DNA from: an uncultured Planctomycetia bacterium
GTDB taxonomy: Bacteria; Planctomycetota; Planctomycetia; Pirellulales; Thermoguttaceae
Direction of reading: 5' to 3'
NCBI GenBank assembly: GCA_963775975.1
Contig: CAVZKX010000002.1
Location: 2,996,502 to 3,060,501, forward strand
Length of the DNA: 64,000 nucleotides
Part shown: positions 45,776 through 54,676 of the stretch, one piece after another
Layout: each line of letters begins with the position of its first letter
Numbering within the stretch: the stretch's first letter is position 1
Notes under the pieces: generated by a model
The model's database searches: none
What the model was told of the DNA's origin: nothing
The model's input: the letters and a program-made list of their open reading frames with translations, nothing else
Translations under genes and position numbers: made by a program

Positions 45776-45779
45776 GCCG

Positions 45780-46112
45780 CTAATGGCAGCCGCAGCTTCC
45801 GCAGCCGCCGGCCTTCGCGACATTTGGATTGTCGATTACAAAGCCGCGGCCCGTCGGGCCGTCCTGAAAGTCGATCTTCGTGCCGTCCAAATGGAGGGCC
45901 ATTTTCTTGCTGGTGATAACGGCCACGCCGTCATACTCATAGCGGGCGTCCGCCGCCGGCTGGTAGTCGTTGGCGAAACCCAGGCTGTAATTCAGTCCAG
46001 AGCACCCGCCGCCGGCGATCCCCATCCGCAGCACGTAGCCCGGCTCAATCTTTTCCGCGTCCATGTAGCGTTTGATTTCCGCGGCGGCGCCGGACGATAA
46101 TTCAATAGCCAT
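45780..46112 (-). CDS. iron-sulfur cluster insertion protein (IscA/ErpA/HesB family)
   Basis: Start taken at MAIELSS. GGGCSG and C-terminal GCGSCGC. Confidence 0.88.
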   Translation of the reverse strand: MAIELSSGAAAEIKRYMDAEKIEPGYVLRMGIAGGGCSGLNYSLGFANDYQPAADARYEYDGVAVITSKKMALHLDGTKIDFQDGPTGRGFVIDNPNVAKAGGCGSCGCH

Positions 46113-46250
46113 AAGTAGTATTCTCCGAAATTGGTTCGTTTCTTGTCGTTTGCTTGGGCGGCCGACCGGCGGTTTTTCACACCGAATTCGCCCCGCTCCA
46201 TTCCCAACAATCTTACCATTCCCGTCCCGGCAAGGCAACTTCCCCGTACC

Positions 46251-46297
46251 GTAGGGTGGGCCGATCGAAGGGACTCGCCGCGCTCGGCCCACCCTAC
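46251..46297. repeat. REP-like palindrome GTAGGGTGGGCCGA...TCGGCCCACCCTAC
   Basis: 14-nt arms, located 4 nt downstream of the QueD-like stop codon. Confidence 0.85.
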
Positions 46298-46300
46298 GAA

Positions 46301-46789
46301 TTACGACTGCCCGAACTCGCAAACCGCCGAGCAGCCGGGCGATTCTTCCAACTCGATTCGCAGCCACGCCGGCCGCGGAAGTCCATTCGCCGCAAGGCGT
46401 TCCAGCAGCCGCTCGGCCAGATAGCTGGCCATGAGCTCGACCGTCGTGCTGGCGATCGGCAATAACCGGCATTCCTCGCGCGGAAAGACCCAGCGCCGAT
46501 CGCCAAATCGTACCTCGACTTCTTCTTCGCCTGCCGCGACATGGATCTGCCCGCTCCGCGCCGGCAGGAGCACGGCGTGATCGATCTCAGCCAGGATCGA
46601 CTTCATTGCGCGGAGCACGGCGGCAAAGTCGATTACGCAGTCCGTCTCGTCCAAGGGCCCGCTGAGATCGACCGCCACACGGTAGTTGTGGCCGTGCAAC
46701 GGCTCGCAGAGGCCGCCCGGCAAAACGATAAAGTGCGCGGCGCTATAAATCAGCTTGTCGCCGGCGATGCGGACGGAGTAGTCAGGCAT
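46301..46789 (-). CDS. 6-pyruvoyl-tetrahydropterin / 6-carboxytetrahydropterin synthase family protein
   Basis: CEPLHGHNYRV and DFAAV..I...DH pattern of the PTPS/QueD fold. Confidence 0.85.
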   Translation of the reverse strand: MPDYSVRIAGDKLIYSAAHFIVLPGGLCEPLHGHNYRVAVDLSGPLDETDCVIDFAAVLRAMKSILAEIDHAVLLPARSGQIHVAAGEEEVEVRFGDRRWVFPREECRLLPIASTTVELMASYLAERLLERLAANGLPRPAWLRIELEESPGCSAVCEFGQS

Positions 46790-46818
46790 GGTGTCGGCCG
46801 TTCGCCGCCGATAAATGT

Positions 46819-48676
46819 CTAGTGACCGGGCGGGGCGCTGTCAGGCAGGGACGGGTCGGGCCGCGGGGATGGCCTGCCACGAGGCGGGGAAGATCCGCGT
46901 TCCCCTCCACCGCGCGGATTGAAACGCCTGCCCTCACCGCCGCCCGCACTTGGTCGATCAGGCTCCTTCGTCGCGTCATTCCAGTCCTTGCTCTCGCCCA
47001 TCTCGTCGTGGATGACCAACTCGCCATTGTCGCTCAGAACGAGCATTGCGCCGGGGGGATGGGGGCTCTTTTCCCGATCTCGCGGAGACAAGTATTCGCC
47101 GCCTCCCGTAACGTCCACAAGAATGGAATTCGTTTCCGCTTTGGGTTCTGGAGTCGTGCTATCTTCGGATTTCGGGTGCCAGGTGGCACCCTCAAAGGTA
47201 GAGTCGATCGGCGTGCCTCGGAATATAGTGGCCTTTTCGGTCCACTTATTCGCACCGGTATCCTTATCCCAGATGATTATGCGGACCTGGCCAGTGATTT
47301 CAGCGGGGCTCGGGCTTTTTGCCGGTTCAACGGTGCCCGCGATCAGCCGGTTGTCGCTTGGCAATCTGGTTGACTGACAGGCATTCGACCAGCCCTTGTC
47401 ATCAATCTTCAAGTCGGCGACTTGGTTTTTCGCGTCGGGCTGGTCCTTGCCCGGCGTGACGGATAACGTGCTTTGACTGCTCTGCTTAGGATCAAAAAGC
47501 GCCGATTCCGGAAGGCCGTTGTTCGGATTTTGCAGCAGCGGAAAAACCCGGTAGGTGTATTGCTTGCCCGGTTCTACGTCGAAGTCGAAATAGCGCAGCA
47601 AATAATACGGAGGAACTTGAGCCGCTTCGTCAACGGACTTATTATTGGTGGCCTCATCCCTGGCAAGGACAGTTTTTTTACCGAATAGTCCATTGCCGCC
47701 GCCTTGATCGCTGCCGGGGCGGACCGCATCTGGCGGGGGACGCCGCAGATTCTGGCGATAAGCGCCCTCGCCACGTCCCGACGGCAACCTTCCGCGAAAA
47801 CCTTCGCCTGCACCGGGTCGAATTGTTGGAGGTTGGCCCGCTCCACCGCCGCCTAGCGCCTGATCTCTCTCTTCCTTCGGAATGAGCTTGATCTCCGCCG
47901 GATGAGCCACCTCGTCGCCCCATTCGCCGGTTGTCCGCGGCGGCAATTGCGACGCCAAGCCCGGAAAAATGTACTTGGAATCAACCACTTCCAGCGAGCC
48001 GCCGCTCCATTTTTCCAACTGGTGGCGTAGGAAATCCGCGTCGCAGATCGTTACCGCCTTATCCCAATTCGGCTCGCTTGCGGCGCCGGGGACAACCTCC
48101 GCGCTGTACCAGGAACCCGACGTATTCCGGCGTGTCGTTGTTGCCCTCGAAACCGGCGGTCTCGAAATTCCTCTTGTACTCGGCCAATTGTTTGGCGTAG
48201 GGGACCAGTCCAGTGACGACGACCCAGCGCTGGCCGACCGTGCCGGCGGCGTTGGCGTTGCCGCTCAGCGCGCCGCGGCCCGCGACTGCCCGCAACTCCT
48301 CGACGGGAATAACTGCCGGTGTTCCGCGCGGGTTCTTCGGCGCAATGACCGCCGGATCCATGACGGCGTCAAACTTGTATTTGCCGGGATCTTCAGGCAT
48401 TTTGAATCGCTCGATCTCGCTGGCGTAGGCCGTAATAGGCGCTTCGGTAGCGGGCGACTTATTCAGGGGACCGGTCACCATGGTCTTTTGCGCCGCCTGG
48501 ACCGCATCGGAGAGGCTCTTCGGATCCTTCTTATAGCTATCGTTGGCTTGCAGCATGACGGCGCTATAGGTGAAGTAGAGGAACAACAGGCCGACGACGC
48601 CGATCACGATCTTTTCGGTGTGGTCGATGAAAAACTGCTTGATCGCCTTCGCGTCGAGTTTGCTTTTTTTCTTCAT
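46819..48676 (-). pseudogene. large single-TM envelope protein, third gene of the PilM-like operon (split into two frames as assembled)
   Basis: ORFs 48059..48676 (MKKKSKLD plus TM) and 46819..48018. The downstream frame is open and coding-like across the gap (..AEVVPGAASEPNWDKAVTICDADFLRHQLEKW..). The upstream ORF ends in Arg-rich junk. Confidence 0.6.
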
Positions 48677-48776
48677 GGACGTGCTCCTTGCGGTTTCCGG
48701 TACACTCCAAGTGATTGCCCATCGCAGCGGGAGTGTGCCGGACACATGAGCGTGCGATTAGTTGGAATGAAATGGT

Positions 48777-50491
48777 TCATTTCGCTTGCGTTGCGGTTGG
48801 CGGAGTTGCCGTCCCGGCAGGTGCGGCCGGGCTTGCTGCCGGTGTTGCCGGCGCAGCGGCGGCCGCAGGCGCCGCCCCAGTTGCCGTTGTCCCCGTCGCC
48901 ACCGCGCCGTTTGTCGACTGTGGCGTGGGCGGGTTGTAAATGTAGATGACGCCTTGAATCTCGACCGGAACCGGCGGAGCACTCGGGTCCGCTGACTCTT
49001 CGCTGTAACTGAATTCGTTGTTCTGAGACGCGTTGCCGGCGCCCTGCCCGCCCAGCCGATTCATCATCCCGTGCCCGCCGAACCCGGACATCCCGCGTCG
49101 GCCGCCTGCCGGCGGACGCCCCAGTTGCGGAACGGCGGCCGCGCCGGCAGGAGCGTCGCCGCCCGTGCTACTTCCGTTGACGTCAAATGCGGGCGGCTTC
49201 TCGGCGAGAATCCGCACGGAGCGGACATCGATCCGCATGTTCGAATTGGCGCACTCGACCAATAGCCGTGGAATGGCCCTTTGTTCCATGACCACCCGCA
49301 GATTAACGGGCATCATGCGGAACTCCTGGTTCGGCTGTTGCTTGGGATCGGCCAGCGGCTTGCCGTTGTTATCTACATAGCGGCCGACAAGCAGCGAGGC
49401 CGCCGAGCCGCCGCTGGTGGCGCCGGCGGCCGCACTTTGAAAACCCATGCCGCGGCCGGCGCTTGGACCCGGTTGTATCGTCGGTGCTTGGGTGCTTGCC
49501 GCCGAACCGCCATCGCTCGACAATACGAACACCGCGTTCTCGCAGGCAGCCCAGCTCTGCGCGGCCTCGTTGCCGATCTCCAATGCCTGAATCTCCTTGA
49601 TCCGGGCGTCCTTGTGGGTGCCCGGCGATTGATAATTCTTCGCACTATGCTTGGGATCATTCCCCACATCATTCGTATTGCGAATGACTTTCAAAAGCGC
49701 CTCGTAGACCCAGACATTTTCCTGGGCAACGATGACATCCGGCGTGGTTGGGATGTCGTTCCAATTGCGGAAATAGTCCATCAAGTTGCCCGCGTTGGCC
49801 CAGTCGACAACGCCTTTCGGCTGTTTGGAGGGATCGTCGCCTTGCATAGGACCATTCCGACCGAAGCGCTGGCCTTCACCCCCGCCCGCATTCGATCCAG
49901 GCTCTCCCGATGTTCGCAACTCGATCATCTCAAAGAGGCTGGGAAAAACGTCTTTGATCTCGTCGCGGTATTTCAGGCGATAGACTTGCTTTAGTTCGTA
50001 CTGATCCTTGTTGGGAGCGTCCGCCGGCGGTGATTCGATGTCCTCGATCTTGTGGTTCCAAACCTTCCAAAAATCTTCTTCAAAGCGAACCTGTTCTTCG
50101 TGGTTGTTCGGATAGATGGGCGGCAATTCAAAGGTCGTGCGCTGGCCGTCAAAGAGCTGCTCGGCGGCCTTGGATACGTTCCCGGTAAGGCTCTCGCTCG
50201 GGCTTTTGATTCCGGATGCCTTGATTACTTCGTCCGACGCGCCGGCAAACTCGCCGTCCGGCGCAGAACAACGCCTTTGATGAACGTCTCACTTGGATGA
50301 TCGCGTTTACCGGTGATCGCAGACATCGAAGTGAACTGGCCTTCGATCTCCTTTTTGCACTTGTCGTACTGTTCCGCCCTATCGGCGGTGGCCATGTACC
50401 ATGTGCCGAACGTGATGAGGACGATCAAAGACAGGAGAATCCAGAAATGGTACTTCTTGAAGACTTCAAGAGCTGCGCGGACTTTTTCCAT
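48777..50491 (-). pseudogene. large single-TM envelope protein, second gene of the PilM-like operon (split into two frames as assembled)
   Basis: ORF 50225..50491 (TM helix HFWILLSLIVLITFGTWYMA) plus ORF 48777..50126, whose frame is open upstream to 50288 (..PDGEFAGASDEVIKASGIKSPSESLTGNVSKAAEQLFDGQRTTFE..). Confidence 0.6.
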
Positions 50492-50686
50492 GATTATCGG
50501 CTCCGTCGTAAGTTAATTGATACTATCGTTAGGGCTTTGCCGCTGGCGCGGTAGCCGCCGGCACAACTGCCGGCGCAGGCGCGGCTGTCGCTGTCGCCGC
50601 CGTTCCACCGGTCGCGCCGGCAACTTGATCTCCGGCGGACTTTGGCTGCCAAATGAATTGCACGCGGAACTGGAAACGGTCGACTG

Positions 50687-52720
50687 TTACTTTCCTTTCC
50701 TCATCGGGCGCGCCCCGCCAATACCGCCGAGCGTCATGGGGCCTGGCGCCAACGGACCGTGCCCAGGTCCAATGTTGTTGCCCGGACCGAATACGGGATT
50801 TACGGAGTTCTCACTCCGCTTCGGCCCCGGAATGACAATCTCCTCTTTGTCGTTGGGCGCGGGCTTCACAAGTACCGGGTAGGAAACGCCCAGGTCGTGC
50901 ATCTCCTTGCTCGCAAGCTTCGTCAACAGCGTGCTGTAAACGTACTGTGTGCCGACTTCCTGCTGTTTCTTGTCATTGTGGAAATGCTTGCCGTATATCT
51001 GCACGATCATGCCCGGTCCCGTAGGGCCATCGGCTGCGGCTATTCCACCAGTGCCAGCACTTCCCGACGATGCCTCGGGCGAATCGCTCAAAAACGGGGC
51101 GCCGGGTTGGCCGGGAAATGGATGGTACCACGGCTTCACCAGCGCGAACCACTTCGATGCGTCGTCGATCTGCTGCGAATCGACGTTCGTTATCAGCAGT
51201 TGCTCTCGATCCATAATCTCTTTGCGCAGCTTCTCTGGATCGGTCGAACTGGGCATCGGCTTCGCATGAATTTTGCCGTCTTTGCCCGGGTAGGGCGGCA
51301 GGCACGTGTCGATCGCCGTCAGGAACTTCAGCCACTGCGAGCGGTTTTGCAGGTTTTTCACCAGGCGGTCGCCTTTGCCCGTAGTCTCCTCGAATTTCTT
51401 CTTGGCCGCTTCATAGTCGCCGATCAGTTGTTTTGACTTGCCATCGGCCGCCTTCGCCTCTCCTTCCGGCTTCTCCCAAATCGCGGGCCGCACCGCATTG
51501 AATTGCAGGGCATAAGCCGCGTAGCTGACCGTGCAGGCCAGCATGACCATCGCCGCCGCCGCCACCGCCCACGGCTTCTTGCGGCGGATCAGCCGGTCCA
51601 TCGAGATTTCCTTCGGCAGCAGGTTCGTCTTGAGGCCGCCGCTCTGAAGGCCTTGCAGGCACAGCCCGTAGCAGACGCCGAACGAGAGGATATTGTCCTT
51701 GAACGCCGGCGTGGCCAGCACCTCCGCGCCCACCAGGCCGCGGAACGACTCGACCCGCTCGATTTCTTCGCCGAGACTCTGCGCCAAGTAGCGCCGCAGT
51801 CCGGGCAATTTGAAGGCGTTTCCCATCGCCACCACGCGGCCGATCTTGGCGTTGCGGTCGAGGTTGCTGAAGAATCCAATCGAGCGCTGCAGCTCCGTCT
51901 GCAAATCGTTGAACACCGGCCGCATCGCCTGGAACACCGCCTTGGGGTCCTGCGCCGTCGTGGCATTCCGCTTCAAGTGCTCCGCCTTGGCAAACGTGAG
52001 CTTCATCTCCTTGGTCAGCGACTTGGTGAAGTGATTGCCGCCCAGCGGCACGCTCCGCTGCCAGACCTTGAACCCGTTCGTCACGACGAGGTCTGTCGCG
52101 TCCGTGCCCAGCGAGATTATCACAATCGATTCCGGCGGGTCGTCCGGATCGTAGGCCTCCGGGCTGGGTAGGTCTTGCAGCATGTCGAAGACGACATAGT
52201 TGTAAAGCGAGAGCGGCGCCAACTGCACGATATCGACTTCGATGCCCGCCTTGACGAACGGGTCCAGCGCCCGAAAAACGGCGTCGCGCTTCATGGCGAA
52301 AAGCCCGATTTCGGTCTCCAGCACGAAGCCCGATTCCTCGCTTCCGCCGCCTAGCCGCTGGTAGTCCCAAATCACGTCGTTCAGATCGAAGGGGATCTGT
52401 TGCCGGGCCTCGTAACGGACGATGTCCGGGATCTTTTTGGCCTCGACCGGCGGCAACTTGATGAATCGGGCCAGGCCGCTCTGGCCAGCCACGGATACCG
52501 CCACGCGGTCGTTGTGAACCTGGTTCCGAGAAAGGAACTGTTTCAGGGCGTCGGCGATCAACTCGGCTGGATTGGCGTCGGGCTGCGTCAAGATTTTGGG
52601 ATACTCGATGTAGTCGAACGCCTCGACCACGATCTTGTCCGGGTCATCGTGTGCCCGGCAGCGCATCGCCTTCAACGCGCACTGGCCAATATCAATTCCC
52701 CATACGCTACCGCTTGCCAT
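50687..52720 (-). CDS. pilM: PilM-like actin-fold protein fused to a TM and periplasmic region
   Basis: WGIDIGQCALKA, IVRYEARQQIPFDLNDVIWDY, then TM WAVAAAAMVMLACTVSYAAYAL. The native C-terminus probably continues in another frame to 50529. Confidence 0.85.
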   Translation of the reverse strand: MASGSVWGIDIGQCALKAMRCRAHDDPDKIVVEAFDYIEYPKILTQPDANPAELIADALKQFLSRNQVHNDRVAVSVAGQSGLARFIKLPPVEAKKIPDIVRYEARQQIPFDLNDVIWDYQRLGGGSEESGFVLETEIGLFAMKRDAVFRALDPFVKAGIEVDIVQLAPLSLYNYVVFDMLQDLPSPEAYDPDDPPESIVIISLGTDATDLVVTNGFKVWQRSVPLGGNHFTKSLTKEMKLTFAKAEHLKRNATTAQDPKAVFQAMRPVFNDLQTELQRSIGFFSNLDRNAKIGRVVAMGNAFKLPGLRRYLAQSLGEEIERVESFRGLVGAEVLATPAFKDNILSFGVCYGLCLQGLQSGGLKTNLLPKEISMDRLIRRKKPWAVAAAAMVMLACTVSYAAYALQFNAVRPAIWEKPEGEAKAADGKSKQLIGDYEAAKKKFEETTGKGDRLVKNLQNRSQWLKFLTAIDTCLPPYPGKDGKIHAKPMPSSTDPEKLRKEIMDREQLLITNVDSQQIDDASKWFALVKPWYHPFPGQPGAPFLSDSPEASSGSAGTGGIAAADGPTGPGMIVQIYGKHFHNDKKQQEVGTQYVYSTLLTKLASKEMHDLGVSYPVLVKPAPNDKEEIVIPGPKRSENSVNPVFGPGNNIGPGHGPLAPGPMTLGGIGGARPMRKGK

Positions 52721-53288
52721 GATGGATTTCTCTCCTTAAGTGGACGCATGGCGGATCGACCGCATCGTCCACGATCGCACGTTCAACTGCCGCGCTATGC
52801 AGTCGCGCACTGCGCAGCGTCAAGCGCCTGATGCTCTGTTTCCGCACTCCTTCTGCTGTTCCTGACGGCTCCCATGCCTCAATAAGGCGCATCCAGAGTG
52901 GACCGGAAAAGAGCCATCTGCCTCTACTACATAATCTATCGCAACCGGGCAGCGGGTGTCAATCAAAAATCGCCCACGCAGAACACGAATTTATACCAAC
53001 CCGCCGTTGACAATAGCCCGGCTAGTGGGGGGTCCGACAGCGGCGGCTATACACTCTTAGGCGTGCGACGTTCGAGCGCCTTCAATTCCGTTCCTTCGCT
53101 GCAATCCAACTACTCGTTACCGTTGGAAAGAGGCTGCCCGGCGTTCGGCGGGACGTTGGTGCTGTCCCGCCACCCGCGCCGAAATTTGTCCTACTATTCC
53201 TATGACCCGTTAGAGGAAATCAGGCCCCGCCGCCAGTCGAGTCGAAAAAATGACTGAACGGCGGCTGCGGCCGCGCTAACCAAGAGAT

Positions 53289-54266
53289 ATGGCAACGACC
53301 TGTGCGGCAGAGAATGTAGTGGAAAATGGCGCCTTGATGGCCGTCGGCGTGGAGACGCTGCGCACATCGGGCGTGCTGCCGTTCGATCTCTACTTCTACG
53401 GTGACGGACCGAAACGCCCAGTTCTTTACCGCGAAAAGACACTGCCGGTTGGCGACGACGATCTGGCTCGGCTGTTGGAGCGCGGCGTGCGGACGCTGTA
53501 TATCCTGCAAGGCGAGTCCGCTTCGTATCGCGAGTATCTCCGCGAGACTCTGCTGGCCAATCCGGACATTCCGCCCGTGCAGCGCTACCAGGTGCTCCGC
53601 GAGGCGACCCGCTCCGTGCTCAGCGAAGCCTTGCACAAGGGCGACAACGAGACGGCTGTCCGCGTGACAAGCGAACTCAGCGACGGCCTGGTACAGACCG
53701 TTTGCAATTCGCAAGCCGTGCTCAACGACCTGCTGCGGGTGATGTCGCACGATTACAGCATCTTCACGCACGCCGTCAACGTGGCCACGCATTGCCTGCT
53801 GCTGGCCCGGCAGATAGGCATCAGCGGCGATCAGGAATTGATGCAGATCGGCCAGGGGGCGCTGCTGCACGACATCGGCCTGCAGGGCGTGCCGCGGAAT
53901 ATCATCGACAAGCCGGAAAAGCTCACCGAGCGCGAGCGGCGGATCGTGCAGCAGCACACGACGCACGGCTTTCAGGAGCTTTCCCGCCGCCCCGAACTGA
54001 GCTGGCCGCAGTTGATGATCGTTTACAGCCACCACGAGCGCTGCGACGGCCGCGGATATCCGGTGGGACTGGTGCGCTCGGAAATCCACGAATACGCGCG
54101 GATCTGCGCCATCGCCGACGTATATGAAGCTTTGTGCCGCGACCGTCCCTATCGACGGGCATCGCGGCGGAACGACGTTTTGGAGTATCTCGACCGCCAG
54201 GCGGGCCGAGCTTTTGACGAGGAGATGACGCGATGCTGGATAGCGGCGGTCGGCAGGAAGAAATAG
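53289..54266 (+). CDS. HD-GYP domain protein (c-di-GMP phosphodiesterase type)
   Basis: HAVNVATH, LLHDIG, HHERCDGRGYP. Confidence 0.88.
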   Translation: MATTCAAENVVENGALMAVGVETLRTSGVLPFDLYFYGDGPKRPVLYREKTLPVGDDDLARLLERGVRTLYILQGESASYREYLRETLLANPDIPPVQRYQVLREATRSVLSEALHKGDNETAVRVTSELSDGLVQTVCNSQAVLNDLLRVMSHDYSIFTHAVNVATHCLLLARQIGISGDQELMQIGQGALLHDIGLQGVPRNIIDKPEKLTERERRIVQQHTTHGFQELSRRPELSWPQLMIVYSHHERCDGRGYPVGLVRSEIHEYARICAIADVYEALCRDRPYRRASRRNDVLEYLDRQAGRAFDEEMTRCWIAAVGRKK

Positions 54267-54672
54267 GGCGGTGGATCTTTTCGCTGCCCTGCCAGGTGCA
54301 GTTTCCGCCCAAGCTCCGCGAGGAGTTGGAACGGACCGGCGCGGTCCCCGTGCCCAGCGACGACGTGCGGCGGCACCGCCGCATCTACTGCCGCGGCGAA
54401 AAGCACCGCGCGGCCCTGGAACTTCGGCAGTCGCTGCCGGCGCTTTCCCGGCCCACGGCCTGGCATTGCGTCTACACGAGCGATTTCTCCAAGAGCGGTT
54501 GCGGGTTCATCCACAGCGCGATCCTCTATCCGGGCGAACGGCTGCGGATGGTTCTCTTGACCGTGCGCAGCGGCAAGTTGAAGTGGCCTGGTGCCGGCGG
54601 TTGGACAAGCATTGCTATGCCGTCGGCGGGCGATTCGTGGCAGACCCCGCTGGCGCGGTCGATGAGGAGTGA
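54233..54672 (+). pseudogene. PilZ-domain protein (one-nucleotide frame break as assembled)
   Basis: RRHRR ... DFSKSGCGF in the frame of ORF 54233. The C-terminal strands EVAWCRRLDKHCYAVGGRFV* lie in the frame of ORF 54271..54672. Confidence 0.6.
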
Positions 54673-54676
54673 CATT

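Noticed and set aside
52898-53257. 119-aa ORF in the divergent region between the pilM-like gene and the HD-GYP gene
   Set aside because: Composition is low-complexity and non-coding-like, there is no motif, and it lies where two promoters are expected.
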